A stretch of 64,000 nucleotides of DNA from Candidatus Multivorans sp. (lineage in GTDB: Bacteria; Acidobacteriota; Thermoanaerobaculia; Multivoradales; Multivoraceae), in the NCBI GenBank assembly GCA_965224025.1, contig OZ245033.1, forward strand, positions 3,424,001 to 3,488,000, given 5' to 3'. Shown here piece after piece: positions 1 to 10,893 of the stretch (position 1 is the first letter of the stretch; each line of letters opens with the position of its first letter). Below the pieces are notes generated by a model. The model ran no database searches and was not told where the DNA came from. It saw nothing but the letters and a program-made list of their open reading frames with translations. Position numbers and translations under genes: made by a program.

Positions 1-1
1 G

Positions 2-427
2 CAGAGCCGCGTCCGGTACGACGGCGAGGGCTGGGGGCTGGCCTACGACGGTTCCGACCTGATCATGAGCGACGGCACGCCGGTGCTGACCCTGCGCGAT
101 CCCCGTACTCTCGAGGTGCGCCGGCGGCTGCGGGTGACGAGGCGGGGCATGCCGCTCCCCGACCTGAACGAGCTCGAACTGGTCGACGATCTCCTCTTCG
201 CGAACCTCTTCGGGAGCGACGAGATTGCCGTGATCGAACTTGCCTCCGGCTCGATGGTCGCCGTGGTCGACGCGTCGGGTCTGTTGACGGAGGAGGAGGC
301 GGCCGCGGCCGATGTCCTGAACGGGATCGCCTACCGGCCCGGCACGGGGACCTTTCTGCTGACGGGAAAGTACTGGCCGTGGGTGTTCGAGGTGCGGATC
401 GTGGGCTACGATGCCCCCGGTCCATGA
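2..427 (+). CDS. Glutaminyl-peptide cyclotransferase (plant/bacterial type), 5'-truncated by window edge
   Basis: Frame is open from position 2: [29 protein letters not shown] and LTGKYWP motifs. Confidence 0.9.
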   Translation, partial: QSRVRYDGEGWGLAYDGSDLIMSDGTPVLTLRDPRTLEVRRRLRVTRRGMPLPDLNELELVDDLLFANLFGSDEIAVIELASGSMVAVVDASGLLTEEEAAAADVLNGIAYRPGTGTFLLTGKYWPWVFEVRIVGYDAPGP

Positions 428-542
428 CGGCGCCGCCTGCACGTCACCCCTGGCGCCGGCCGGAGGTTCGCCGCGGTCTGTCCGGACCCCTGAGAGCAAA
501 CGTACACGGGCCCGCCTTCAAGCAAGCGTAGGAGTTGAGACG

Positions 543-1547
543 ATGAGCGACCGCATCTGGTATCTGGCCACCTCCGGCAAGCAGGAAGGACCCTTTCTCG
601 CCGGCGAGATCGTAGAGAAGATCCGTGCCGGCGCCGTTCCCCGAAGCGCACACGTGTACCGGGAGGGCTTGGGCAGTTGGGCGCCCGTGGTCAGCGAACC
701 CCAATTCGCGTCCGCGTTCGGGAGTTCGATCCCGCGGCCGCCCGGGAGCGTCGCGGACGAGATCGACTACGTCATCGTGGGCGAGGAGATGCAGTTCGTC
801 GAGATCACCCTCGATCCCGGGGAGGCGTGTGTCGCGGAGGCCGGGTCGTTCATGTACATGGACCCCGGCATCGAGATGAACACGATCTTCGGTGACGGTT
901 CCGACCGTGGCGGAGGCGGCTTCATGGACAAGTTGCTGTCCGCCGGCAAGCGGGTGCTGACCGGTGAGTCCCTGTTCATGACGGTGTTCGGAAACAGCGC
1001 CGGCGACCGCCGGAACGTCGCCTTCGCATCGCCCTACCCTGGCCGCATCATCCCCCTCGATCTGCCCTCCCACAACAACAGGATCCTGTGCCAGAAGGAC
1101 GCGTTCCTGTGCGCCGCCAAGGGCGTGTCGGTCGGCATCGCGTTCCAGCGCAAGCTGGGCGCCGGCCTGTTCGGCGGCGAGGGGTTCATCCTGCAGAAGC
1201 TGGAGGGAGACGGTCTGGCCTTCGTTCATGCGGGCGGCACGGTCGTCGAACGGGATCTGGCCGCCGGCGAGACGTTGCGGCTCGACACCGGCTGCCTGGT
1301 GGCGTTCGAGCACCAGGTCGACTACGACATCCAGATGGTCAGCGGGATCAAGACGGCGCTGTTCGGGGGCGAGGGACTCTTCTTCGCCAGCCTGACCGGA
1401 CCGGGCAAGGTGTGGATCCAGTCTCTCCCGTTCAGCCGCCTCGCGAGCCGGGTGTTCGCGGCCGCGGCCCAGGGCGGCGGCGCGAAGAAGGGCGAGGGCT
1501 CGGTGCTCGGTGGTCTGGGAGGCCTGGTGATGGGCGACCGCCGCTGA
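543..1547 (+). CDS. TIGR00266/AIM24-family protein with N-terminal GYF_2 (DUF4339)-like domain
   Basis: [26 protein letters not shown] and [11 protein letters not shown] motifs; N-terminal WY..GKQEGPF...VYREGL..W; GGAG before ATG 543. Confidence 0.88.
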   Translation: MSDRIWYLATSGKQEGPFLAGEIVEKIRAGAVPRSAHVYREGLGSWAPVVSEPQFASAFGSSIPRPPGSVADEIDYVIVGEEMQFVEITLDPGEACVAEAGSFMYMDPGIEMNTIFGDGSDRGGGGFMDKLLSAGKRVLTGESLFMTVFGNSAGDRRNVAFASPYPGRIIPLDLPSHNNRILCQKDAFLCAAKGVSVGIAFQRKLGAGLFGGEGFILQKLEGDGLAFVHAGGTVVERDLAAGETLRLDTGCLVAFEHQVDYDIQMVSGIKTALFGGEGLFFASLTGPGKVWIQSLPFSRLASRVFAAAAQGGGAKKGEGSVLGGLGGLVMGDRR

Positions 1548-1550
1548 CGG

Positions 1551-1823
1551 TCAGGTAGCGACGGTTTCGATCTTCAGCATCCGCGCCCAGGCGGCGCGCA
1601 GGCTGTCGGGGAGGTCGAGGTCCTCGAACAGATCGCGCACTTCGTCCCGCGAAACGTAGTCCCAGATGTCCTCCCACTGGGCGTAGCGGAGCATGCAGGA
1701 GACGGCGTAACACCGTTCCTCTCTGCTTCCGCCATGGAGCATCACGTTCAACTCCTCGGTGGTCACGCGCCGCTCCGGGAAGAAGTAGAGGGGCTGGTCC
1801 TGGTGCGAGGAGCTTGTAGCCAT
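1551..1823 (-). CDS. Small hypothetical protein (90 aa)
   Basis: Protein-like sequence MATSS..LYFFPE..MLRYAQWEDIW; fills the gap between the AIM24 gene and the tRNA promoter. Confidence 0.7.
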   Translation of the reverse strand: MATSSSHQDQPLYFFPERRVTTEELNVMLHGGSREERCYAVSCMLRYAQWEDIWDYVSRDEVRDLFEDLDLPDSLRAAWARMLKIETVAT

Positions 1824-1901
1824 CAAGGGAACGGACCGAGGCGCGGAAGGGGGCGGCGAAGCATCATAGCGCGGCCCGCTCGTGAAGCCACCGAAGTGCG
1901 C

Positions 1902-1930
1902 TTGACCGCCCGTGATGGCTGGGTTACCTT
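1902..1930 (+). promoter_or_regulatory. Putative sigma-70 promoter for tRNA-Gly
   Basis: TTGACC-N17-TACCTT, 19 nt before the tRNA. Confidence 0.55.
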
Positions 1931-1949
1931 GGCGGTCCGCGGAGTTCTG

Positions 1950-2025
1950 GCGGGCATAACTCAGTTGGTAGAGTGCCAGCTTCCCAAGCTGGATGTCGCG
2001 GGTTCGAGTCCCGTTGCCCGCTCCA
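1950..2025 (+). tRNA. tRNA-Gly(CCC)
   Basis: Cloverleaf; anticodon arm CCAGC-TTCCCAA-GCTGG; GGTTCGAGTCC; CCA end. Confidence 0.97.
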
Positions 2026-2079
2026 GCCGCCAGTCCGTGCGGCCCCGTCCTGCTGACTTCGTACCGGGATAGAAAGTAG

Positions 2080-2508
2080 ATGGCGTTCTTCAAGAAGGAT
2101 CCAGGCGAGTCGGCGGCGGATGCCGCCCTGACGCCCCCCGGTGACGTGAGGTCGACTTCGGCCGCGCCGAGCCGAACGTACGTAGCGGCGGGCTCCCACA
2201 TCGAGGGCAGCATCTCCGGCGAAACGGAGGTTCTCGTCGACGGCGCCCTCGATGGGTGCGTGCAACTCGAGGGGCGGTTCGTTCTCGGTCGCCGCGGCCG
2301 GATCGAGGGCGACGTCAACGCCCGCTCGGTTCAGGTCTCCGGCAAGGTGAAGGGCAATGTGCGGGCCACGGAGAAGATCGAAGTAGGCTCTTCCGGCTCG
2401 ATCGAGGGGGATCTGGCCGCACCCTTGGTATCGATCGCCGAAGGCGGGGTCTGCAACGGCAGGATCGAGATGAGCGGCACGCTGGCGATCGGATCGCCGT
2501 CGGCTTAG
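2080..2508 (+). CDS. Bactofilin (polymer-forming cytoskeletal protein)
   Basis: Repeated V/I-x-G beta-helix pattern (IEGSISG..VDGALDG..IEGDV..VSGKVKGNV..IAEGGVCNGRIEM). Confidence 0.9.
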   Translation: MAFFKKDPGESAADAALTPPGDVRSTSAAPSRTYVAAGSHIEGSISGETEVLVDGALDGCVQLEGRFVLGRRGRIEGDVNARSVQVSGKVKGNVRATEKIEVGSSGSIEGDLAAPLVSIAEGGVCNGRIEMSGTLAIGSPSA

Positions 2509-2548
2509 GGGTTTCGCGGGCGAAGTCGCCGAGTCGGGCGGTTCCTGA

Positions 2549-3574
2549 CTAGGCCTCGTCGGCGGGCAGGCTCGACGCCAGATCGCAGGCGGCGCACAAC
2601 TCCTGCAGGTCCCGGGGTATGGGTGCGGTGTGGCTGGCAGGAAGTGCGCCGGAGAGGGAGGGGAGCGTCAGCTTCCGGGCGTGGAGCGCGGGGCGTGGAA
2701 ACTCCCGAAGCGGACGACGCAAGGCCGGCGGCAGGCCACGCCAGCGTTGTTCGCCGTAGGCTGGATCGCCGACCAGGGGGTGGCCGACCGCCTTGCAGTG
2801 GACCCGGATCTGGTGGGTTCTGCCGGTAAGGAGTTCGACTTCCAGCAGCGAAACGCCCGTTCCGGACGCGAGCACGCCGTAGCGGGTTGTCGCGGGACGG
2901 CCTCCCCGCGACTCCGGGACAATGGCCATACGCGTGCGGACGGTGGGGTGGCGGCCGATCGGGAGTTCGATCGTTCCGGTTTCGGGATCCGGCCGACCGT
3001 AGACGACTGCCAGGTACAGCTTCCCGACTTCTCGTTCGGCAAAGGCCCGGCTCAACCTGCGGTAAGCCTTGTCGGTGCGGGCGATGGCCAGAGCACCGCT
3101 GGTGCCCATATCCAGGCGGTGGACGATTCCAGGCCGCTCCGGGGATCCGACGCCTGCGATCTCCGGATGGTGGTGGAGAAGCCGGTTCACCAGGGTGCCG
3201 CTCCGAAGGCCGGCGCCGGGATGCACGACAAGTCCGGCCGGCTTGTCGACCACCAGCACCTGCTCGTCCTGGTGGAGCAGTCGGATCGGCCCGGCCTCGG
3301 GCTTCAGAGTAGTGGGCCGGAGTGGCGGAATCCGGTAGTCGATCCGCTCGTCGCCGCGCAGCCGGTAGGAGGGCTTGAGCGGTGTTCCGTTCACGGTCAC
3401 GCGGCCGTCGCGCAGGAGGTTCTGAACCTGGCCGCGGGGCAGATCCAGAGCTCGGGTCAGGTAGCGGTCGATCCGTTCACCAGTCGCGTCCGCAGGCGCC
3501 CTCAGGTGGCGCCGCGAACAGGGGAGTTCGGGAAGCTCGCGGGATGACGGCGGGGTCTCGTCTATCGAGTTCAC
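2549..3574 (-). CDS. rluD: RluA/RluD-family pseudouridine synthase
   Basis: S4 domain; VDKPAGLVVHP, GIVHRLD and TGRTHQIRVH motifs; follows lspA. Confidence 0.9.
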   Translation of the reverse strand: MNSIDETPPSSRELPELPCSRRHLRAPADATGERIDRYLTRALDLPRGQVQNLLRDGRVTVNGTPLKPSYRLRGDERIDYRIPPLRPTTLKPEAGPIRLLHQDEQVLVVDKPAGLVVHPGAGLRSGTLVNRLLHHHPEIAGVGSPERPGIVHRLDMGTSGALAIARTDKAYRRLSRAFAEREVGKLYLAVVYGRPDPETGTIELPIGRHPTVRTRMAIVPESRGGRPATTRYGVLASGTGVSLLEVELLTGRTHQIRVHCKAVGHPLVGDPAYGEQRWRGLPPALRRPLREFPRPALHARKLTLPSLSGALPASHTAPIPRDLQELCAACDLASSLPADEA

Positions 3575-4101
3575 TTCGACGTGCGGGCCTGGATCAACCC
3601 GCGGCGGCTCTCTCCTGCCGCGCCCCGCCGCCGCCGAAGCTGTGGTCCGAAACTGTGCGCCAGCATCAGTACGATGCCGACCGTCACTCCGCTGTCAGCG
3701 ACGTTGAACGCCGGCCAGTGGTGGGCGCCGATGTACAGGTCCAGGAAGTCGGTCACGGCGCCCAACAGAATGCGGTCGACCAGGTTGCCGACAGCCCCTC
3801 CGAGCACCAGGGCGAGGGAGAGCAGGAGGAGCGGCTCGCGCTCCGAAGTGCTGCGGAAGTACAGCGAGACGGCGGTGAGCGCGGCGAGGCCGAGGGCGGT
3901 AAGCAGAAGTGTGCCGGCCAGCTCGCGGCCGGCGGGGAACAGACCGAAGGCGATGCCCGTGTTCTGGACGTGAACCAGGTCGAAGAAGCCCGGCAAGACC
4001 GGCAGCCGTCCGTGGAGTTCGAGGCTGGCTTCGATCCACAACTTGCTCCACTGATCGAGCGCCAGCACGAACGCGGAGAGGACGAGAAATCTCGACTTCA
4101 C
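3571..4101 (-). CDS. lspA: Lipoprotein signal peptidase II
   Basis: DQWSK, NTGIAFG, GAVGNLVDR and WPAFNVAD motifs; GTG start overlaps the upstream stop. Confidence 0.95.
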   Translation of the reverse strand: MKSRFLVLSAFVLALDQWSKLWIEASLELHGRLPVLPGFFDLVHVQNTGIAFGLFPAGRELAGTLLLTALGLAALTAVSLYFRSTSEREPLLLLSLALVLGGAVGNLVDRILLGAVTDFLDLYIGAHHWPAFNVADSGVTVGIVLMLAHSFGPQLRRRRGAAGESRRGLIQARTSK

Positions 4102-4727
4102 GGGAGTGGGATCGTACCAGTCGCGCGCGTCCACGCGCTTGCGAGAGCCGCGGCCGTGCCGGGTTCGGCAAAGGCTCGGATCGCGGCCACGCCGTGTGCG
4201 CCCGCGCGGGCCAGCAGAGCCGCGTTGCGGGAATCGACACCGCCGACGGCGAGGATCGGGAGGGCGCCCTGCGCGGCCCGCTGCAGTCGTTCGAGACCCT
4301 GGGGGACACCGAACCGGAGCTTCTCGGGCGAGGCGAAGACGGGGCCGAAGAGGGCGTAGTCGACACCGGCATCGACGGCAGCCTCGATTTGCCGCTGGCT
4401 GTGCGTCGACACACCGAGCAGCAGGCCCCGCTCCCGGACCGTCGGGGCTACCTCGGCCCATGGTTGGTCCGAGCTCAGGTGGACGCCGTCGGCCCCGCAG
4501 GAGATAGCCGCTTCCAGATTGCCGTTGACGATCAGGAGGCCGGCAGCGACGCTTCGCAGTGTGCGGCCGATCGCGGTCAATGCGACGGAGTCGAGGTCCT
4601 TCTCGCGGAGCTGGATCGCGGCGCCGGCCGGCAGCGAGAGCGCCCAGCGTCCCAATCCGGATGCCCCGCCGCACAGGCGCCGGTCGCTGATGGCCAGCAG
4701 CGCCGGAACTTTGGACCTCGGCTTCAT
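4098..4727 (-). CDS. Thiamine-phosphate synthase (ThiE/TenI) family protein
   Basis: IQLREK, GADGVHL, GVSTH, FGPVF.S..K and AVGGV motifs. Confidence 0.82.
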   Translation of the reverse strand: MKPRSKVPALLAISDRRLCGGASGLGRWALSLPAGAAIQLREKDLDSVALTAIGRTLRSVAAGLLIVNGNLEAAISCGADGVHLSSDQPWAEVAPTVRERGLLLGVSTHSQRQIEAAVDAGVDYALFGPVFASPEKLRFGVPQGLERLQRAAQGALPILAVGGVDSRNAALLARAGAHGVAAIRAFAEPGTAAALASAWTRATGTIPLP

Positions 4728-5026
4728 CTTGCTCGATCGGGTTCCGGGATCGGCGCTTCCGGGTCGCCCGAACGCCTGCTGAGCAGGATGCGTTCGAGAT
4801 CGTGGATGCCCCAGATGAGATGAACGAGCCCGAATCCGGTGACCGCGCCGCGGACCCACGGCAGCATGAGAAACGCTCCCAGATGCGCCTGCGAGAGTGC
4901 CGATCTGGTGACCAGCAGGTTCCAGAACTCCCGCCACGGCGCGATGACCAGGAACAGCCCCGCCTCGACGCAATAGATCACGAAGAGAACGCGGAGCAGG
5001 CTGGACCAGGCGACACGCCAGCGCAT
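4724..5026 (-). CDS. Hypothetical membrane protein (2 TM)
   Basis: Two hydrophobic segments; ATGA overlap with the downstream gene. Confidence 0.7.
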   Translation of the reverse strand: MRWRVAWSSLLRVLFVIYCVEAGLFLVIAPWREFWNLLVTRSALSQAHLGAFLMLPWVRGAVTGFGLVHLIWGIHDLERILLSRRSGDPEAPIPEPDRAR

Positions 5027-5200
5027 GGTCAGGAAAGAGCCCGCCGCGAGTTCCAGATTGTGGGCGCACTACCGGCCGCCGCCAGGGAAGACATGGGAGT
5101 CGCATTCTAGGACTCAGCGCCTCAAATCGGTACGCCAGTACCGATTCCAAGGCGGTGAGACCTAAGGCGGTTGGGGCCGAAGGCGCCTCCCCGCGTCGCC

Positions 5201-7441
5201 TCAGCGCAGGCGGGGAGGCGTGCGCCCGCTATCGCTGGGCGGCGACGACGACGGGCGCGAAGCCGGCGGCGACGAGGCCCTGGGCGCGGAAGAGCTGGAT
5301 GGTCTCGACGGTGGCGAGTAGCTGCGAGACGGCGGCGATGACGAGCGCGGCGACGAACTCCGGGGCGCGGACCGCGTCCGCGTGGGCGGCGCGGACCGCG
5401 TCCGCGTGGGCGGCGTGGAGCGCGGGCTCGAGGTTCTCGGCGGCGCGGACCGTGTGCGGGTCGGGGTGGACTTGGGCGTGGATGCCCGCGGCGGCGCCGA
5501 CCTGGTGCGGGTTGGTGTTGCGCGCCGCGGTGTGCTGGCGCGGTCCGGCCGCCTGGACGAAGGAGTCGCCGCCCGGGGGGAACTCGGCGACGCGTCCCGC
5601 CCGCGGATCGCGTCGAGGACGCGGCGCGCGGGCGTTGGTCTCCGGCTGCGATCGACCGTTCCTCCACTCGACCGTGGCGCTGCCACGCGGACCGTCGCCT
5701 CTTCGTCGGTGCTCCCAGGCGCTTCGACCGCGGTCGCCGGCCTCGGGGCGGGCGCCGCCGTCAGACCTCCGGTACGGACGCGCGTGGGTTTCGGCGTTTC
5801 CACTCGCCGGATCCCGGTGGCGGCATCGGATGGCGCCGCCGCATCGGTGGGAACCGAGCCGGCCCTCCGCGGTTGGATCGTGGTCTTGACATTGCCGCTG
5901 CCCGCGCGCTGAACCTCACCGGGGGCTGCCCGCCGAAGCGTGACGCCCGTGGCGGAGTTTGGTCCGGCGCCCGCTACCTGGGATGTGGAACCCGCGCGGA
6001 GCCCCCCAGCCGTGACGCCGACCAAGCCTGGCCGGTTGCGATCGGATGGGGTGCGCGCCACCGCGACGACGCCCGGTTCGGCGTCGGTCCGCTTGAGCCC
6101 CGTCTGGAGCGATTCGTGCAGGTCGGCTCTGCGGGCGATGAAGTCCGTGACGTCAGGGAGCTCGCTCTCGGAGATGCCGCGGCGCTTTCCGAGAAGGACC
6201 TGCTGCGCGGCCTCAGGATCCCGCCAGTTTCGGTAGTCGATGCCGTTCGTGTCGGTCGTGATGACGCCGCGGGCAAGCTTCGAGTGCCGGCGGCGCAGGG
6301 AGCGACCGTATGTGTAGCCGCGACCGTCGCCCAGGTAGCCTGACGGACAGAAAATCCAGGTGTTGAACGGATCCCAGAGGCCGCCGGCCCATCCGTAGAG
6401 GCCGTAGCGAAGGTCGAAGCCCAGACCCAAGTAGTGGCGCTGGTAGTAGCCGCGGGGGATCCAGCCGACATAGGACGGTCCCCAGTACCAGTAGACATGG
6501 CTGGGGGAGTAGATGGTGTTCGGGAACCAGAGCCAACCGTAGCCGGGGTTCAGGCTCCAACTGCCGTAGTGGTACGTGAGCGGACCCCAGGGATCCCGGG
6601 CGACCCAGTACAGTCCGGCGGGCGTATGCGTCCAGCGGCCCCGGCTGTACGGCTGCCAGTCGTCTTCGATCTCGGGCTTCCAGGCTCGGCGATCCTCGAC
6701 TTCGACCCACTGGCCATGACCGGTCAAGGCAGAGCCGTACCCGTCGGCATCGACGGCCGCGTAGGCCGCGAGCCGGGCGCGGTGACCCTCCGCCCATCGA
6801 TCCAAGGCCGCGGCAGCCGCGCCGGCGCCGCTCTGGAGCTCGATCCAGGGGTCGTCGAGGCCCCGAACCAGGAGCGCTTCGCCACCGCGGACGATCACCG
6901 AACCCCGCTGGGTGACGACCTCGGCGAACCCTTCCAGCACCGCGACTTCGGTCCAACTGTCGCCGTCGCTCTCGACCTGGTAACGGCCTTCCTGCTTGGC
7001 GTAGACCCTGGCGTTGGTCGTGTCGACCGCCGGCAGCTCCGAGTCCAGCAGGTGGTTCGCAACCTCCAGGCTCAGCCGGCCCCGGTGCAGGACGTAGAGG
7101 GAGTCCGCGTCGTCGGCGTCCGGTGATCCGGCGATCTGGGCGAAGGTGACCTCGCTGTCGTGGTCCAGGGCCAGAATCGAGCGGTCGGACATCAGCACCG
7201 CCAGACGGCCGTACGGTCTCGTCCAGAGTCGGTCTCCGCGCAGAACCGGCAGGTGGATCTCCAACTCGCTCTGAGCACCGGAGCGCGCCGCGAACAGGGT
7301 GGCGTCTCCGTCCAGCGCGCCGACGAAGCTGTAGACGCCGTCGACTTCTCCTCGTTCATGTTGTACCGGCTGCGCTTGCGCGGCGCTTGCAGCACCTGCC
7401 GCGACGACGATCAGGAGGGCTTGCGGGAGGGTGAATCTCAT
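5201..7441 (-). CDS. Secreted FecR-domain / DUF6600-type protein with long S/P/R-rich disordered C-terminus
   Basis: Signal peptide; FecR-like GDRLWT..G; WQPYSRGRW..W...DPWG..TYHYGSW; SD GGAGG before ATG 7441. Confidence 0.82.
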   Translation of the reverse strand: MRFTLPQALLIVVAAGAASAAQAQPVQHERGEVDGVYSFVGALDGDATLFAARSGAQSELEIHLPVLRGDRLWTRPYGRLAVLMSDRSILALDHDSEVTFAQIAGSPDADDADSLYVLHRGRLSLEVANHLLDSELPAVDTTNARVYAKQEGRYQVESDGDSWTEVAVLEGFAEVVTQRGSVIVRGGEALLVRGLDDPWIELQSGAGAAAAALDRWAEGHRARLAAYAAVDADGYGSALTGHGQWVEVEDRRAWKPEIEDDWQPYSRGRWTHTPAGLYWVARDPWGPLTYHYGSWSLNPGYGWLWFPNTIYSPSHVYWYWGPSYVGWIPRGYYQRHYLGLGFDLRYGLYGWAGGLWDPFNTWIFCPSGYLGDGRGYTYGRSLRRRHSKLARGVITTDTNGIDYRNWRDPEAAQQVLLGKRRGISESELPDVTDFIARRADLHESLQTGLKRTDAEPGVVAVARTPSDRNRPGLVGVTAGGLRAGSTSQVAGAGPNSATGVTLRRAAPGEVQRAGSGNVKTTIQPRRAGSVPTDAAAPSDAATGIRRVETPKPTRVRTGGLTAAPAPRPATAVEAPGSTDEEATVRVAAPRSSGGTVDRSRRPTPARRVLDAIRGRDASPSSPRAATPSSRRPDRASTPRRATPTRTRSAPPRASTPKSTPTRTRSAPPRTSSPRSTPPTRTRSAPPTRTRSAPRSSSPRSSSPPSRSYSPPSRPSSSSAPRASSPPASRPSSSPPSDSGRTPPRLR
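5364..5415. repeat. 24-bp tandem repeat (x2) encoding PTRTRSAP; degenerate copies extend to about 5520
   Basis: GGCGCGGACCGCGTCCGCGTGGGC at 5364-5387 and 5388-5411. Confidence 0.85.
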
Positions 7442-7547
7442 CTCTTTCCTCCAACGGGTCGGAGTCTGCACGCTACCACCGGGGACTCTCCGGCCGGGTT
7501 CGGTTCAACCCGGCGCTCTGGGCGCGTGCTCTTCTGCAGGAGGGTTG

Positions 7548-7563
7548 AGCAATCCGCGTGCCA
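7548..7563 (-). promoter_or_regulatory. Sigma-54 -24/-12 promoter
   Basis: Minus strand reads TGGCACGCGGATTGCT, matching TGGCACG-N4-TTGCW; about 105 nt upstream of the FecR/DUF6600 start. Confidence 0.8.
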
Positions 7564-7798
7564 GGAAAGTGGACACGACGCCCCTGGTTGGATGCGGGGC
7601 GCAGCGGCCTCGAAGCGGCGCCGCCAGACGCCTGCCCGGGAGCACGACCGGGGGGACTGGAGCGAAGGCCGGGGCGACTGGTCGTAACGGACCGTAGCGG
7701 GAACGTCACACCGGTGTCCATTCGTGGGGACAGTGGGCAAGCCCGCGGCCGGCCTTCTCGTATGATCGGCGCCGGCCTCCGCGCCGCGTAGGGATTGC

Positions 7799-8329
7799 AT
7801 GTCCGTTCTTCCGATCCGTCTCTACCCGGACCCCGTGCTGCGGGTGCAGTGCGCACCGTTGGAGGAGTTCGGCCCCGATCTGGCACGCCTGGTAGCGGAC
7901 ATGATCGAGACGATGCATGAGGCGCCCGGAGTCGGCCTTGCCGCGCCCCAGGTCGGCGTGGAGCTGCGCGTAGCGGTGGTCGACGCGACCGCCGGAATGG
8001 ACCCCGACGCGGTGCGGGTGCTGGTGAACCCGCGGGTCGTCGACTCGGCCGGCGTGGACACGGATACGGAAGGCTGTCTGTCCATTCCCGACTTCACCGA
8101 GAAGGTCACGCGGCCGGCCGCGGTTCGCATCGCGGCGACGGACCTGGAGGGTTCACCCTTCGAGATGGACGCGGAGGAGCTCGAGGCGCGGGCGATCCAG
8201 CACGAGCTGGACCACCTGGACGGCGTGCTCTTCGTCGATCGGCTGCGTGGGTTGCGAAGACAGCGGGCCAGGAGCTTTCTCCGCCGCCTGCGCGCGAGCG
8301 AACCGGCTACGGCCGGTGGGGAACGCTGA
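7799..8329 (+). CDS. def: Peptide deformylase
   Basis: GVGLAAPQVG, EGCLS and QHELDHLDG motifs. Confidence 0.97.
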   Translation: MSVLPIRLYPDPVLRVQCAPLEEFGPDLARLVADMIETMHEAPGVGLAAPQVGVELRVAVVDATAGMDPDAVRVLVNPRVVDSAGVDTDTEGCLSIPDFTEKVTRPAAVRIAATDLEGSPFEMDAEELEARAIQHELDHLDGVLFVDRLRGLRRQRARSFLRRLRASEPATAGGER

Positions 8330-8352
8330 TCGCTCCGGCGGCAGGGGCGCCA

Positions 8353-8868
8353 TTGCGCTTTCCGGTATTGCCGGCGGCCCTTCTCGCGGCGCTGGGCCTC
8401 GTGGCCTGCGACGGTGGAGGAGGAAGCCCGACCGCGCCAACCCCTCCTGCGCCGCGGGGCGTCACCTTCTCCGCGGCGCAGGTCGCGGACGGGTCGATCG
8501 GGCTGCGCGGCATGGTGTCGGGGACGACGCTCGAGGTGGAGATTCATGCCGCCGGCGTCGAAGGTCTGTACGGTCTGGGCTTCGAGCTCCTGTTTCCCGC
8601 CAACCTGCTGCGCTACGAGGAGTCGGGCAGAGGCGTGTTCCCTAGCCTGGAAATCCTCGAGACCGCGCCGGGACAGCTTCTCGTGGGCGCCACCCATCTC
8701 GGCGCAGTCGCGGGTCTGAACGGCAGCGGTGCGATCGCCGTCGTCCGCTTCACGGCAGTCGCCAACGGCAGCGGGAGCTTCGACTTCAGCGCGCGGGAGG
8801 CCTTCGACAGTTTCGGGGATCGAATCGCCCTGAACTGGGCGGGGGCCACGGTTCAGGTCGCTCTCTGA
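8353..8868 (+). CDS. Putative lipoprotein with cohesin-like beta-sandwich
   Basis: Lipobox LVAC; G/P linker; beta-rich LYGLGFELLF..LLRY and GSGAIAVVRF. Confidence 0.65.
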   Translation: MRFPVLPAALLAALGLVACDGGGGSPTAPTPPAPRGVTFSAAQVADGSIGLRGMVSGTTLEVEIHAAGVEGLYGLGFELLFPANLLRYEESGRGVFPSLEILETAPGQLLVGATHLGAVAGLNGSGAIAVVRFTAVANGSGSFDFSAREAFDSFGDRIALNWAGATVQVAL

Positions 8869-9028
8869 GGCTGTCAACTCGTTCGTGGCTTCGCGGCGGC
8901 TGGACCGCCCCTGTCGCCGTTGCTACTGTCGCCGGTGCCATCCGCGCGCCCGAGGACGGGCGCGCGGAATGGGTCGCGTGTGGCGCGAATCGCGCCACCC
9001 GGGTTCAAAGTGACTCAGGAGTCGCTCG

Positions 9029-10462
<1,434 letters not shown>

Positions 10463-10473
10463 CCAGAGGCCGC

Positions 10474-10893
10474 ATGAGCAGAGGGCGAGCGGAATGCGAA
10501 CCGCGCCTGAGCGGTGCGGAGGCCGAGCAGGCCGCTGCCGACCTGCTGCGAAGAAAAGGGCATCGAATCGTGGGGCGGAACGTCGACACCGTTGCCGGCG
10601 AGCTGGACCTGGTCACGATGGACGGCGACACGCTCTGCTTCGTCGAGGTGAAGGCGCGTTTCGACCCGCGTTTCGGCGGCGCGGCCGCGGCGGTGGACCG
10701 TCGGAAGCGGCGCCGCCTGGTGCGGGCGGCGGAGGCCTACCTGAGCGAGCCGGACCGAACGCCGCTGCGGCTCGGTCCGTGCCGTTTCGACGTCGTGGCG
10801 GCGACCTGGCAGCCCGAGCAGGGCGAGTGGCGGTTCACTCACTATCCCGACGCCTTCACCGTCGACGACACGGGCGGGCGAAGCTGGCTCTAG
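10474..10893 (+). CDS. YraN/UPF0102 family PD-(D/E)xK endonuclease-like protein
   Basis: GELDLV..FVEVK and RFDVV motifs. Confidence 0.9.
   Translation: MSRGRAECEPRLSGAEAEQAAADLLRRKGHRIVGRNVDTVAGELDLVTMDGDTLCFVEVKARFDPRFGGAAAAVDRRKRRRLVRAAEAYLSEPDRTPLRLGPCRFDVVAATWQPEQGEWRFTHYPDAFTVDDTGGRSWL

Noticed and set aside
5027-5200. Possible TPP riboswitch above the ThiE-like gene
   Set aside because: No CTGAGA...CCTGA aptamer arrangement recognised.
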